Source: Planctomycetota bacterium (lineage in GTDB: Bacteria > Planctomycetota > UBA1135 > UBA2386). From it: DNA of 64,000 nucleotides. The stretch spans positions 5,248,001-5,312,000 of the forward strand of contig JBKAGP010000001.1 in the NCBI GenBank assembly GCA_046290465.1. The letters are read 5' to 3'. Below are positions 48,513-57,706 of this stretch, piece after piece (position 1 is the first letter of the stretch; the number at the start of each line of letters is the position of its first letter). The notes under the pieces were generated by a model. It did not search any database and had not been told where the DNA came from. It was given only the letters and a program-made list of their open reading frames with translations. The position numbers and the translations under genes were made by a program.

Positions 48513-50027
48513 TCACGGCAGGCTGAAGATGCCGCGGATCTCGCGCAGCTGGTCGTCGTCGAGCACGCGGGGGACCTTGTGCTGGCCGCCGACCTTGCCG
48601 CGCTTCTTCATGAAGTCGAGGAACGTGCCGATCGGCAGGCTGTCGACGGCGGGCGGCAGCAGGCCGTAGGTGCGATGGGTCGCGTAGTCCTCGTTGCCCG
48701 CCTGCAGCGTCTCGTCGAGCACGCGGCCGAACGTCTCGGCGTCGTCGGGCTGGCGGTGGAACTCGACCAGGTAGCTGTGGCCGCCCATCGGCTCGCCGTG
48801 CTCCGGGTAGCGCACCCCGACCGCGAACTCGCTGACGACCGCGGCGGTGGCCTCGGCGGCGCGGGCGATTGCGCGTTCGAGCTCGCCGCCGCTGACGTGC
48901 TCGCCGAACGCGTTGAGCGTGTGGGCGATGCGTCCGGCGAACACCATGCGCAGTGGTTCGATCGACGGGAAGCGCACCAGGTCGCCGACCAGGTACGAGA
49001 CGATGCCGGAGTCGGTCGTCAGCGCGACCGCGTAGTCGACGTCAGGCTCGACCTCGTGCGCGGCCAGCCGGCGCGCGTCCGGCTTGCCGAGCTCGTCGGC
49101 CGGCACGAACTCGAAGAAGGTGCTGCGGTCGAGCAGCGGCAGCATGCCGGGGTCGTCGATGCGGTCCTGCACGGCGAGCATGCCGCCTTCGGACGCCGAG
49201 TAGGTGTCCGTGTAGCGGATGTCCTCGCCGACCAGCACGCGGCAGCGGTCGGCATAGGGGGCGAACGTCACCCCGCCGTGCACGAACAGCTGCAGGTTGG
49301 GCCAGACCTCGCGCAGCGTCGTGGCCGCGCGGCCCTGTCGCCGGCAGTGTTCCAGCACCTTCTCGCCGAACAGCACGATCCACGACGGCACGCCGGCGAG
49401 CATGCGCAGGTCGACGTCGGCGGTCTGCGCCGCGGCCTGCTCGACCTTCTGCTCCCACGACGGCATCGCACGCACCTTGGCGTCCGGCGCGTGCATGCCG
49501 CGCAGGCAGCGCGGCACGTGCAGCGCCATGATGCCGGTGTTGTCGCCGATGTAGACGTCGCCGTGTTCGCGCAGCGCGGTCGAGCCGCCGAGGAACAGCA
49601 GCTTGCCGCCGAACAGGTCGCCGCGGCCGTCGGCGAGGTGGGGGACCAGCGAGTCGAAGCCGCCGCGCTTGTTGTTGGCGATCGTCGCCGCGCTGACCGG
49701 CAGGAACTTCTCGCCGCTGGTCGTGCCCGACGAGATCGCCCAGAACTTGGTCAGCCCGGGCCAGACGACGTCCCGTTCGCCGGCCCGCGCGCGTTCCCAC
49801 CACGGCGCCATGCTGTGGTAGTCGTGCAGCGGCACCGCGCGACGCAGGTCGTCGTGGCTGCGCACCTGGTCGAAGCCGTGTTCGCGACCGAACGCCGTCT
49901 TGCGCATGCGCGCGAGCAGCTGGTCGAACACCCGCTGCTGCGGCGCGCGCGGCGCAGCAGCGTGCTGCAGCATGGTCTTGAGTCGCCGCTTCGCGATGCG
50001 CGCGGCGACCGAGCCGATCAGGCTCAT
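48513..50027 (-). CDS. GH3 family acyl-acid amido synthetase-like protein
   Basis: SSGTTSG.K, YSASEG, FFEFVP, YLVGDLV, GR...LNAFGE and GGQHKVPR motifs. Confidence 0.9.
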   Translation of the reverse strand: MSLIGSVAARIAKRRLKTMLQHAAAPRAPQQRVFDQLLARMRKTAFGREHGFDQVRSHDDLRRAVPLHDYHSMAPWWERARAGERDVVWPGLTKFWAISSGTTSGEKFLPVSAATIANNKRGGFDSLVPHLADGRGDLFGGKLLFLGGSTALREHGDVYIGDNTGIMALHVPRCLRGMHAPDAKVRAMPSWEQKVEQAAAQTADVDLRMLAGVPSWIVLFGEKVLEHCRRQGRAATTLREVWPNLQLFVHGGVTFAPYADRCRVLVGEDIRYTDTYSASEGGMLAVQDRIDDPGMLPLLDRSTFFEFVPADELGKPDARRLAAHEVEPDVDYAVALTTDSGIVSYLVGDLVRFPSIEPLRMVFAGRIAHTLNAFGEHVSGGELERAIARAAEATAAVVSEFAVGVRYPEHGEPMGGHSYLVEFHRQPDDAETFGRVLDETLQAGNEDYATHRTYGLLPPAVDSLPIGTFLDFMKKRGKVGGQHKVPRVLDDDQLREIRGIFSLP

Positions 50028-51562
50028 GCCTCGGCTCCCTTCTCCTGGATCGTCTTCTGACGCAGCGCGTGCGCCGGTCCCTCGTCGATCGTCGCCGCTG
50101 GCGTGACGCCGCCGATCGACCGCACGGCGCAGTCGGCGGTGGCCATGATCGACAGCATCGGGTTCACGCGCACACTGTGCGGGAACAGGCTGCCGTCCGC
50201 CACGAACAGGTTGTCGAGCCCGCGCACGCGGAACTGTTCGTCGACCACGTCGCGGTCCGGGTCCGAGCCCATGCAGGCGCCGCCCTGCGGGTGCGAACTG
50301 CCGAAGCCGATCAGGTCGCGCTGGCTCCGCATGCCGTCATCGATGCGATCGAGGTGCGCCTGCTCGGTGATCTCGACCGGCGTCGCGCACGGCACGAACA
50401 CCTGCCGGGCGCCGGCCGCCAGCATCGCGCGCGCCGCCGTCTTGCAGCCGTCGCGGAATGCCGTCAGTTCGTCCTCCGACATCCGGTAGCGCAGGTCGGC
50501 GTGGTCGAAGAAGCGACGGAACAGCTTGTGGCCGAGGCCGAGGAACACCTCGCCGCTCGGCCGCGTCGGCACCAGCACACCCAGCGCGGTCAGGTTGCGG
50601 TAGCGCTGCATGCGTTCGGCGTGGTCGCCGTAGAAGCCCGGCAGCGTCAGCGCCAGCGACACCGGCGGGTTCTGGCACTGCTCGATGACGAAGCGTTCGT
50701 TGATGTGGTGCACGCACATCTGGTCGCCGTCGAAGCCGTCGAGCTGGTCCGGGAAATCGCCGAACACGATGCCGCCGGCGTTGAACGACGTGCGCTTGCC
50801 GGCGCGGCCGCGGTGCAGGCCCGAACGCAGCAGCAGTTCGGGGGTGTTGATGGCGCCGCCGGCCAGTACGTAGCGGTCGGCGACGACGCGCACCGGTTCG
50901 CCCGTCTGCTTGTCCTTGGCGACCAGGCCGCGGACCGTGCCGCGGGCGTGGTCGATGCGGACGACGTCGAGGTTCGGCACCACCTCGGCGCCGTGCTCGA
51001 CCGCCATCGGCACCCAGGTCTGCGAGGCGTCGAGCTTGCGGCCGTAGCGGCAGCCGACGTTGCAGTAGCCGCAGCCGATGCACTGCTGCATCGCCTTGTC
51101 GAACTCGCCGTGTTCGGCGCCGATGCGCTCGAAGCCCTGGGCCAGCACCGCGGTCGCCGGGTTGTGCACCTCGCGCGGCAGCGGCCCGACGCCGAGCACC
51201 GACTCGACGCGCGCGTGCGCCTGCTGCAGCTGGTCTCTGTAGAGCGGCATGCCGTGGCGTGCGAAGCTCTGGCGCACGTCCTCGGGCATGCGGAAGCAGA
51301 CCGCGTTGGTCAGCACCGTCGAGCCGCCGACGCACGAGCCCTGCAGCACGAACATGTCGGCGTCGTTGTTGGTCTGCGCGCCGCCGTCCTTGTAGAGCCG
51401 CGCGATCATCTGCGGTTCGTCGTGGGACAGGTCCTTGGGGTGCAGCCACGGCCCGCGCTCGAGCATCGCGACGCGCGCGCCCGAAGCGGCCAGGTGGTAG
51501 GCCACGACGCTGCCGCCAGCGCCCGAGCCGACCACCGCGAAGTCGGTCGTGAGGTTCCTCAT
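50024..51562 (-). CDS. GMC family oxidoreductase
   Basis: VVGSGAGG, GSCVGGSTV, CIGCGYCNVGC, LAGGAINTPELL, SSHPQG and ADGSLFP...VNP motifs. Confidence 0.9.
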   Translation of the reverse strand: MRNLTTDFAVVGSGAGGSVVAYHLAASGARVAMLERGPWLHPKDLSHDEPQMIARLYKDGGAQTNNDADMFVLQGSCVGGSTVLTNAVCFRMPEDVRQSFARHGMPLYRDQLQQAHARVESVLGVGPLPREVHNPATAVLAQGFERIGAEHGEFDKAMQQCIGCGYCNVGCRYGRKLDASQTWVPMAVEHGAEVVPNLDVVRIDHARGTVRGLVAKDKQTGEPVRVVADRYVLAGGAINTPELLLRSGLHRGRAGKRTSFNAGGIVFGDFPDQLDGFDGDQMCVHHINERFVIEQCQNPPVSLALTLPGFYGDHAERMQRYRNLTALGVLVPTRPSGEVFLGLGHKLFRRFFDHADLRYRMSEDELTAFRDGCKTAARAMLAAGARQVFVPCATPVEITEQAHLDRIDDGMRSQRDLIGFGSSHPQGGACMGSDPDRDVVDEQFRVRGLDNLFVADGSLFPHSVRVNPMLSIMATADCAVRSIGGVTPAATIDEGPAHALRQKTIQEKGAEA

Positions 51563-52143
51563 CCGGCCGCCTTGCCGGCGGGGTCGCTGCCGGGCTTGCG
51601 GGTGACGGCCGCTGCGTGCACCGACGCGACCGGCGCGGTGCGGCGCTCGCGCATGGTGCGGAAGCCGAGGCGTTCGGCGACGCCCGGGTCGGTGTAGTAG
51701 CCCATGCGGATCAGCTGCCGCGACAGGGCCGGGATCGCCAGCAGCCCCTTGGTCGTGCTCAGGTGCTTCTCGAGGAACGCGCGGCGTCGCGCGAGCGGCA
51801 GCTTCGAGAGCGGCGCCTTGCCGCGCAGCAGCGGACAGAACTCGAGCGCGACCAGCACCGCGTGGCTGCGCCAGTGGCGCGGCGAGTCGACCGACGCGAA
51901 GTAGCGGTCGACGTTGCGGGCGACGGCGAACCAGCCGTCCTGCGGCGGCGTCGGCAGCGTCGCTTCGGCGTGTGCGACGATCGCCCGCGCCTGCAGCGCG
52001 TTCAGCTGCTGCAGGCCCTGCGCGCGTGCCTGCATGCGCAGGCGACGCCACCACAGGATCCCTGCCGGCAGCAGCGGCAGCCACAGCGGCGAGACCAGCA
52101 GCGCTGCGACGGCGACCAGTGCGATGCGTCCGTTGAGGGACAT
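51559..52143 (-). CDS. Membrane-anchored hypothetical protein, possibly a gluconate-2-dehydrogenase subunit-3-like partner of the GMC enzyme
   Basis: N-terminal TM; AEATLP...NVDRYF...LSKLPLARRRAFL...MGYYTDP...LGF; ATGA overlap with the GMC gene. Confidence 0.55.
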   Translation of the reverse strand: MSLNGRIALVAVAALLVSPLWLPLLPAGILWWRRLRMQARAQGLQQLNALQARAIVAHAEATLPTPPQDGWFAVARNVDRYFASVDSPRHWRSHAVLVALEFCPLLRGKAPLSKLPLARRRAFLEKHLSTTKGLLAIPALSRQLIRMGYYTDPGVAERLGFRTMRERRTAPVASVHAAAVTRKPGSDPAGKAAG

Positions 52144-52334
52144 GGATTGCATTTCAGAGCCCGCCGCGAGGATACGGAAAAGCCGTCTTGAAGATCGGGT
52201 GCATAACGACGCGCGGGTCGTTGGGAGTCGACCGCACGCAGGGGGTTGGATGCGCTCGTTCTACGGCGTGTCGCGTGCGTTGTATCGAAAAAGTATCGCT
52301 GATAAGGGTTCGGCGGTCGCGGGGGTTTCTACGT

Positions 52335-52595
52335 GTGCAGCCAAGACGCCTTCCTTTCGCCCCCGACCTCGCCTTGAGCCAGACTTCCTTCCAGCGACGT
52401 GCCTGGAGCGTCGCCGAGAACGCGCGCTCGTCCTCGGACCGCGCCGACGCCCGCATCCTGATGCGCATGATCGAGCTCGTCGACTGCGGCGACTACGACG
52501 CGCTCGAGCCTCTGGCCAAGGCCCTGCAGGCCGAGTATCGGGCCCTGCTCGGGATCGTTCCTCGGGCCCTCGAGGACGACCACGAAGCCGGCTGA
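52335..52595 (+). CDS. Small hypothetical protein
   Basis: High-GC3 helical ORF end (ARILMRMIELVDCGDYDALEPLAKALQAEY); start uncertain. Confidence 0.45.
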   Translation: MQPRRLPFAPDLALSQTSFQRRAWSVAENARSSSDRADARILMRMIELVDCGDYDALEPLAKALQAEYRALLGIVPRALEDDHEAG

Positions 52596-52625
52596 TCGCG
52601 TCGGTCCGCCGGCTAGACTGCCGTC

Positions 52626-54551
52626 GTGGTCCTGATCGCGGTGATCCTCGGAGGCGTGTTCGCGCTGCTGCCGCTGCTCCGGCTGTGGTCGCAGGGACGG
52701 TCGGCGCAGGCGGCGGGGGGCCTGTGCGTGGCGGTCGCGGTGGCGAGCGTCGTGCTGGCGACGCGGTGGGCGCCGGCACCCGAACGGCCGCGCCAGGACC
52801 GCCCGATCGAGGTGCTCGCGCAGGGCCACGTCGGTTCGGCGACGTGCCGTTCGTGCCACCCGGGTGAGCACGCGTCGTGGTACGGGTCGTTCCACCGCAC
52901 GATGACGCAGCAGGCGTCGCGGGTCACGGTGCTGCCGCAGTTCGAACGGCTGGAGCTCGACTGGTTCGGCCAGCCGGTCATGCTCGAGTGGCGCGGCGAG
53001 CAGCTGTGGACCCGGTTCGTGCGCGGCGGCGGGCGGCCGGGGCCGGTCGAGCGGCCGATCGAGCAGCTGACCGGATCGCACCACATGCAGGTGTTCTGGT
53101 ACTCGACCGGCGTCGACCGCGAACTGGCGCCGGTGCCGGTCTGCTACAAGATCGAGGAGGGCCTGTGGATCCCGCTGACGTCGGTGTTCGTGGTGCCGCC
53201 GGAGCTGCGTGATCCACCGGACCCCGGCAAGTGGAACCAGAGCTGCGCGATGTGCCACACGACCGATCCGCGGCCGCGCATGGACATCGGTCGCACCGAC
53301 ACGCACGTCGGCGAGTTCGGCATCAGCTGCGAAGCCTGCCACGGACCCGGCGAGGCGCACGTCGCCGCCAACCGCAGCCCGGTCCGCCGCCTGCTGCAGC
53401 GCGGCGAGGGCAGCGACGACACCATCGTCAACCCGGCCACGCTGCGGCCGGCGCGATCGGCCGAGGTCTGCGGCCACTGCCACTCGGTGCGCATCCTCAA
53501 GCAGCGGCACTTCGACGCCTGGCGTGAGCACGGCTCGCCGTTCGTGCCGGGCAACGACCTGCAGAGCTCGCACCTGGTGATCGACGTCGACGACGGGGAC
53601 GCACCCGAACTGCGCCAGCAGCTCCGCCAGAACCCGGACTTCTTCGCGAGTTCGTTCTGGCCCGACGGCCAGGTGCGGCTGTCGGGGCGCGAGTTCAGCG
53701 GGCTGCGCGACTCGCCGTGCTACCAGCACGGCGACGCGTCCCGGCAGATCGACTGCACGTCGTGCCACGTGATGCACCACGCCGACGGCAGCGCCGACGA
53801 TGCCTGGCGCGACGACCAGCTCGGCCTCGGCATGCGCGGCAACCGCGCGTGCACGCAGTGCCACCAGCAGCTGGCCGACGAGCAGCAGCTGCAGCAGCAC
53901 ACGCGGCACGCGCCGGGGTCGTCCGGCAGCAACTGCTACGACTGCCACATGACGTTCACGTCGATCGGGCTGATGAAGGCGTCACGCAGCCACGCCATCA
54001 CCGTGCCGAGCGTGCAGAGCGAACTGGCGACCGGTCGACCCAACGCGTGCAACCAGTGCCACCTCGACCGTTCGCTCGGCTGGACCGCCGACCAGCTGGC
54101 CGACGGCTGGGGGATCGCCGCGCCGCAGCTCGACGCCGAACAGCGCGAGGTCGCCGCATCGGTGCGCTGGCTACTGACCGGCGACGCCGGCCTGCGCATG
54201 CTGGCCGCGTGGAGCTACGGCTGGTCCGACGCGCAGCAGGCGTCCGGCACCGACTGGATGGCGCCCTACCTGTCGCGGCTGCTCGACGATCCCTACTACG
54301 TCGTGCGCTTCAACGCGGCGCGCTCGCTGCGCTCGATCGGCGGCTACGGCGGCGTGCTGAAGGGCTACGACTACGTCGCCGGCGATGCGGCGGTGAAGCC
54401 GTTCGTCGACAGCGTGCGCTCGGTCTGGCAAGCTCGCTACACCGGCGGCGCGCGCGCGAACGTGCTGATGGGGCCGCGCGGCCTCGACGTCGACCGCTTC
54501 CGGCGCCTCTACGCGCGCCGTGACGACCGGATGGTCTTCATCCACGAATGA
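52626..54551 (+). CDS. Membrane-anchored multiheme cytochrome c (8 CxxCH) with C-terminal HEAT-like repeat
   Basis: CRSCH, CAMCH, CEACH, CGHCH, CTSCH, CTQCH, CYDCH, CNQCH; two N-terminal hydrophobic segments. Confidence 0.9.
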   Translation: MVLIAVILGGVFALLPLLRLWSQGRSAQAAGGLCVAVAVASVVLATRWAPAPERPRQDRPIEVLAQGHVGSATCRSCHPGEHASWYGSFHRTMTQQASRVTVLPQFERLELDWFGQPVMLEWRGEQLWTRFVRGGGRPGPVERPIEQLTGSHHMQVFWYSTGVDRELAPVPVCYKIEEGLWIPLTSVFVVPPELRDPPDPGKWNQSCAMCHTTDPRPRMDIGRTDTHVGEFGISCEACHGPGEAHVAANRSPVRRLLQRGEGSDDTIVNPATLRPARSAEVCGHCHSVRILKQRHFDAWREHGSPFVPGNDLQSSHLVIDVDDGDAPELRQQLRQNPDFFASSFWPDGQVRLSGREFSGLRDSPCYQHGDASRQIDCTSCHVMHHADGSADDAWRDDQLGLGMRGNRACTQCHQQLADEQQLQQHTRHAPGSSGSNCYDCHMTFTSIGLMKASRSHAITVPSVQSELATGRPNACNQCHLDRSLGWTADQLADGWGIAAPQLDAEQREVAASVRWLLTGDAGLRMLAAWSYGWSDAQQASGTDWMAPYLSRLLDDPYYVVRFNAARSLRSIGGYGGVLKGYDYVAGDAAVKPFVDSVRSVWQARYTGGARANVLMGPRGLDVDRFRRLYARRDDRMVFIHE

Positions 54552-54970
54552 CGAACGACACCGACAACGCGCCGCTGACGGCCCGCCACCTGCGCTTCGG
54601 CTGGAGCAGCCTGCTGGTGTTCGTGCTGCTCGGCGGGGTGCTCGAGGGCATGCACGGCTTCAAGGTCGACTGGTACCTCGCCGTCGGCAACGAGACCCAG
54701 CGGCTGTTGTGGCGGCTGGCGCACGCGCACGGCACGTTCTTGTCGCTGGTGCACGTCGCGTTCGCCGTGACCGTCGCGCGCGCGTCGACGCGGCCGAGGA
54801 TCGCGTCGGCGTGCCTGGTCGGCGCGAGCATCGCGCTGCCGGGCGGATTCCTGCTCGGCGCGTTCGGCAGCCACGGGGGTGATCCGGGCGTCGGCATCGC
54901 GCTGGTGCCGCTGGGCCTCGTGCTGTTGCTCGTCGCGATCGGCGGCTGCTTGCGCGCGCTACGGTCCTGA
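54548..54970 (+). CDS. Small 4-TM membrane protein with conserved-looking His residues
   Basis: LEGMHG, LAHAHG and LPGGFLLG; ATGA overlap with the cytochrome gene. Confidence 0.7.
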   Translation: MTNDTDNAPLTARHLRFGWSSLLVFVLLGGVLEGMHGFKVDWYLAVGNETQRLLWRLAHAHGTFLSLVHVAFAVTVARASTRPRIASACLVGASIALPGGFLLGAFGSHGGDPGVGIALVPLGLVLLLVAIGGCLRALRS

Positions 54971-54985
54971 CGGCAACATGCGGGC

Positions 54986-55360
54986 ATGGACCACGTCCCG
55001 ACGCCCGACGAGATGCACGAGCTGGTGCGACCGATGAACGACCTCGACCGCAAGGTCCTGGGTGGCCTGGTGGCGCTGTGGATGGCCGAGCCGGGGCGGG
55101 TGCGCGATCGCGAGTGGACCTCGCAGCAGTTCGTGCACGTGGCCACGGTCGCCCACGGTTTCGACGGCGAGCAGGGGCCGGCTTCGACCGAGGACGTCGA
55201 GGTCATCCGCAGCTACGCGCAGACGAACATGGACCAGGTGTTGCGCGTCGGCCTGTCGCTGTTCGTGCGGGTCGCGCACGACATGCAGGAGCGCGAGGGC
55301 GGCTTCAGCTACGAGAACGCGCAGGAGTGCGTACGAGGTTACCTGGAGGTGCCTTCGTAG
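54986..55360 (+). CDS. Hypothetical protein
   Basis: 124-aa ORF with host-like codon bias, co-oriented with neighbours. Confidence 0.6.
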   Translation: MDHVPTPDEMHELVRPMNDLDRKVLGGLVALWMAEPGRVRDREWTSQQFVHVATVAHGFDGEQGPASTEDVEVIRSYAQTNMDQVLRVGLSLFVRVAHDMQEREGGFSYENAQECVRGYLEVPS

Positions 55361-55426
55361 CGCCGCTGCCATCGGGGGGTTGGGGCGCCCTGGCGCCGAC
55401 GGTGCCCGCAGTCCGAAGAAGCCCCC

Positions 55427-57667
55427 ATGTCCGCCACCGACGCCCCCTCGCAGAACCTCGTCTCGTCTCCGGTCACCGCGCGCGATCCCCGCGTTGCGGC
55501 GGCGGTCCGGGCGGCCTCGACCACCGCCTTCCAGCCGCTTGGCGCTGGCCTGCGCGAGCTGCCCGTCGAGGCCGTGGTGCGCATCCTCGAGGACCTGCAG
55601 GTGACCGAGACCGCGCGGTCGCTGGTGGTCGAACCGGTCAGCGGCTACCTGCCACACCTGCTCGCCAAGCTGGCGTTCGACGTCGACGTCGTCGTCAGCG
55701 ACACCGGGCGCGCCGAGACGTTGCGGCGGGAACTGGTCGACGCGGCCGCCACCAACGTGCGCGTGCAGACGTTCTTGCAGGACCGCGAGGACGGCGGCCA
55801 CAGCTATGACCGCATGGTCGTGGTGCAGCCGGCCAACGAAGACCTCGGGCCGGTGCTGCTCGGCCACCTGGCGCCGCACGGTCGCGCGGTCTGGTCGGTC
55901 GATCGTTCGATGCCGTCGCGCCGGGTACGCCGGCTGCTGCGCGTCGCCGACGGGCTGACGCTCGAGGAGGACCTCGACCTCGTGCACTACATGCCGCTGC
56001 TCGGCGACATGCTGGTCGATGCCGGCGTCGCGTTGCGGCAGGAGGTCGCCGAGGCCGTCAAGGCTGCCCGCCAGAGCGGTCGCCTGCTCGGTGAGCAACT
56101 GCTCGCGCGCGGCTCGGTGCGCGAACCGGACCTCTACCGGGCGCTGGCCGAACAGCAGCAGCTGCCGTTCGCGAGCGCGCGCGAGGTGCTGGCACGCGTC
56201 GACGCCCAGCTGGTGCAGCAGCTGCCGCGCACGTTCCTCGAGCACTATCGCTTCGTGCCGGTGTGCGCGACCGACGGCCGCGTCTGGATCGCGTCACCGG
56301 ACACGTCGCTGCCGCTCGGCGAATTGCGCTCGGTGTTCGAAGGTGCCGAGATCGTGCGCGAGCTGATCTGCCCGAGCGACCTCGAGCGGATCTGGTCGTT
56401 CCTCGACCACCAACGGCTCACCTCGGGCATCGGCGCCGCGGCCGTCGCCGCCGACCGCGAAGGTCCGCGCACGCCGCTGCCGACGTCGACCGTCGAGGCG
56501 ACCGCCGCCGGCGACGTCGTCGGCGAACTGCTGTCGCGCGCGCTCGCCCGCAGCGCGACCGCCGTGCACCTCGAGGTCCGTCGCGACGAGGTGACGGCGC
56601 GCGCGCGCGTCGCCGGCGCGTTGATGCCGTTCGAGGCCGAGCTTTCGCTGGCGGCGGTGACGGAGCTGGTTGCGATGCTCGCAGGCCGCGCCGGTCGGGC
56701 CTGGGAGGTCGACGGCCGGCTGGTCGACGTCTCCTGCTCGGACGAGGGGACCGTGGCCGGACGTTCGGTGACGGTGCAGCTCGACGAGGCCAGCGACGGA
56801 GTCGTCCACCTCGAGGACCTCGGCCTGCACGAGCACGTGCTGGCCGGGCTGCGCGCCGCGCTGCACGAGCCGCGCGGCGTCGTGCTCGTCGCGGGGCCGG
56901 CGCGCGCCGGGCGATCGACGACGATGCAGGCGGCTCTCGATGCGCTCGCCAACGGCTACAACAAGGTCGTCGCGTGCGGCGAACGGCCGGTGTCGGTCGG
57001 CGGCGAGGTCTCGTTCGCGCGGGTCGTCGGCGACGACGGCGAGACCGCGGCGCGGGTCCGTTCGCTGGCGGCGCAGGACGTCGACGTGCTCGGCGTCGAC
57101 TGCGACGGCGAAGGCGCCACGCTGGCCGCTGCGGTGCGGGCTGCGCACCGCGGCAAGCTCGTGGTCATGACTGGCGCCGGCAACGACGCGGCCGACGCGT
57201 TGCAGCAGCTGATCGAGGGCGGCCTCGACGGCAACGCGATCGCGACCAACGTCAACGCCGTCGTCGTGCAGCATCTTGCGCAGCGGCTGTGCGAAGGTTG
57301 CCGGCGCGAGGTCGAGCCCGATGCGTCGCTGGTCGGAGAGCTGTTCGTGCAGGGAGTGCCCGACGGCTTCGTCGCCTACGAGGCCAACGGCTGCGACGAC
57401 TGCTGCGACACCGGCGTGATGGGCCAGGTGCCGGTCGTCGAGTTCCTGCCCAACGGCCCGGCGCTGCGGCGCGCGCTGCGACGCGGCGTCGCGCCGCACG
57501 ACCTCGGCCCGATCGCTCGTCAGAACGGCCTGCGCTCGCTGATCGCCAGCGCCATCGACCTGGTGCAGCGCGGCGAGGTCTCGCTGTCCGAGATGATGCG
57601 CGTGGTCAGCGCCGAGCAGCGGGAAGGGGCGGAGGAGCTCTGCGGTCGCGGGGGCAGCTGCTCGTAG
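55427..57667 (+). CDS. Fusion of degenerate Pcm-like methyltransferase, MshEN and degenerate GspE/PilB-family ATPase
   Basis: Pcm-like N-terminus; LLGDMLVDAG and LLGEQLLARG MshEN repeats; GPARAGRST Walker A variant; CEGC...CDDC zinc motif. Confidence 0.8.
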   Translation: MSATDAPSQNLVSSPVTARDPRVAAAVRAASTTAFQPLGAGLRELPVEAVVRILEDLQVTETARSLVVEPVSGYLPHLLAKLAFDVDVVVSDTGRAETLRRELVDAAATNVRVQTFLQDREDGGHSYDRMVVVQPANEDLGPVLLGHLAPHGRAVWSVDRSMPSRRVRRLLRVADGLTLEEDLDLVHYMPLLGDMLVDAGVALRQEVAEAVKAARQSGRLLGEQLLARGSVREPDLYRALAEQQQLPFASAREVLARVDAQLVQQLPRTFLEHYRFVPVCATDGRVWIASPDTSLPLGELRSVFEGAEIVRELICPSDLERIWSFLDHQRLTSGIGAAAVAADREGPRTPLPTSTVEATAAGDVVGELLSRALARSATAVHLEVRRDEVTARARVAGALMPFEAELSLAAVTELVAMLAGRAGRAWEVDGRLVDVSCSDEGTVAGRSVTVQLDEASDGVVHLEDLGLHEHVLAGLRAALHEPRGVVLVAGPARAGRSTTMQAALDALANGYNKVVACGERPVSVGGEVSFARVVGDDGETAARVRSLAAQDVDVLGVDCDGEGATLAAAVRAAHRGKLVVMTGAGNDAADALQQLIEGGLDGNAIATNVNAVVVQHLAQRLCEGCRREVEPDASLVGELFVQGVPDGFVAYEANGCDDCCDTGVMGQVPVVEFLPNGPALRRALRRGVAPHDLGPIARQNGLRSLIASAIDLVQRGEVSLSEMMRVVSAEQREGAEELCGRGGSCS

Positions 57668-57706
57668 CGGCGGCGCGCCCGCGCCCTCGAGCACGTCGCG
57701 GCCGAC

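Noticed and set aside
55427..57667. Pseudogene, or functional T2SS/T4P motor ATPase
   Set aside because: The ORF is uninterrupted and keeps the zinc motif, so it is not an evident pseudogene. Catalytic motifs are lost and no assembly genes are adjacent, so it is not an evident motor.
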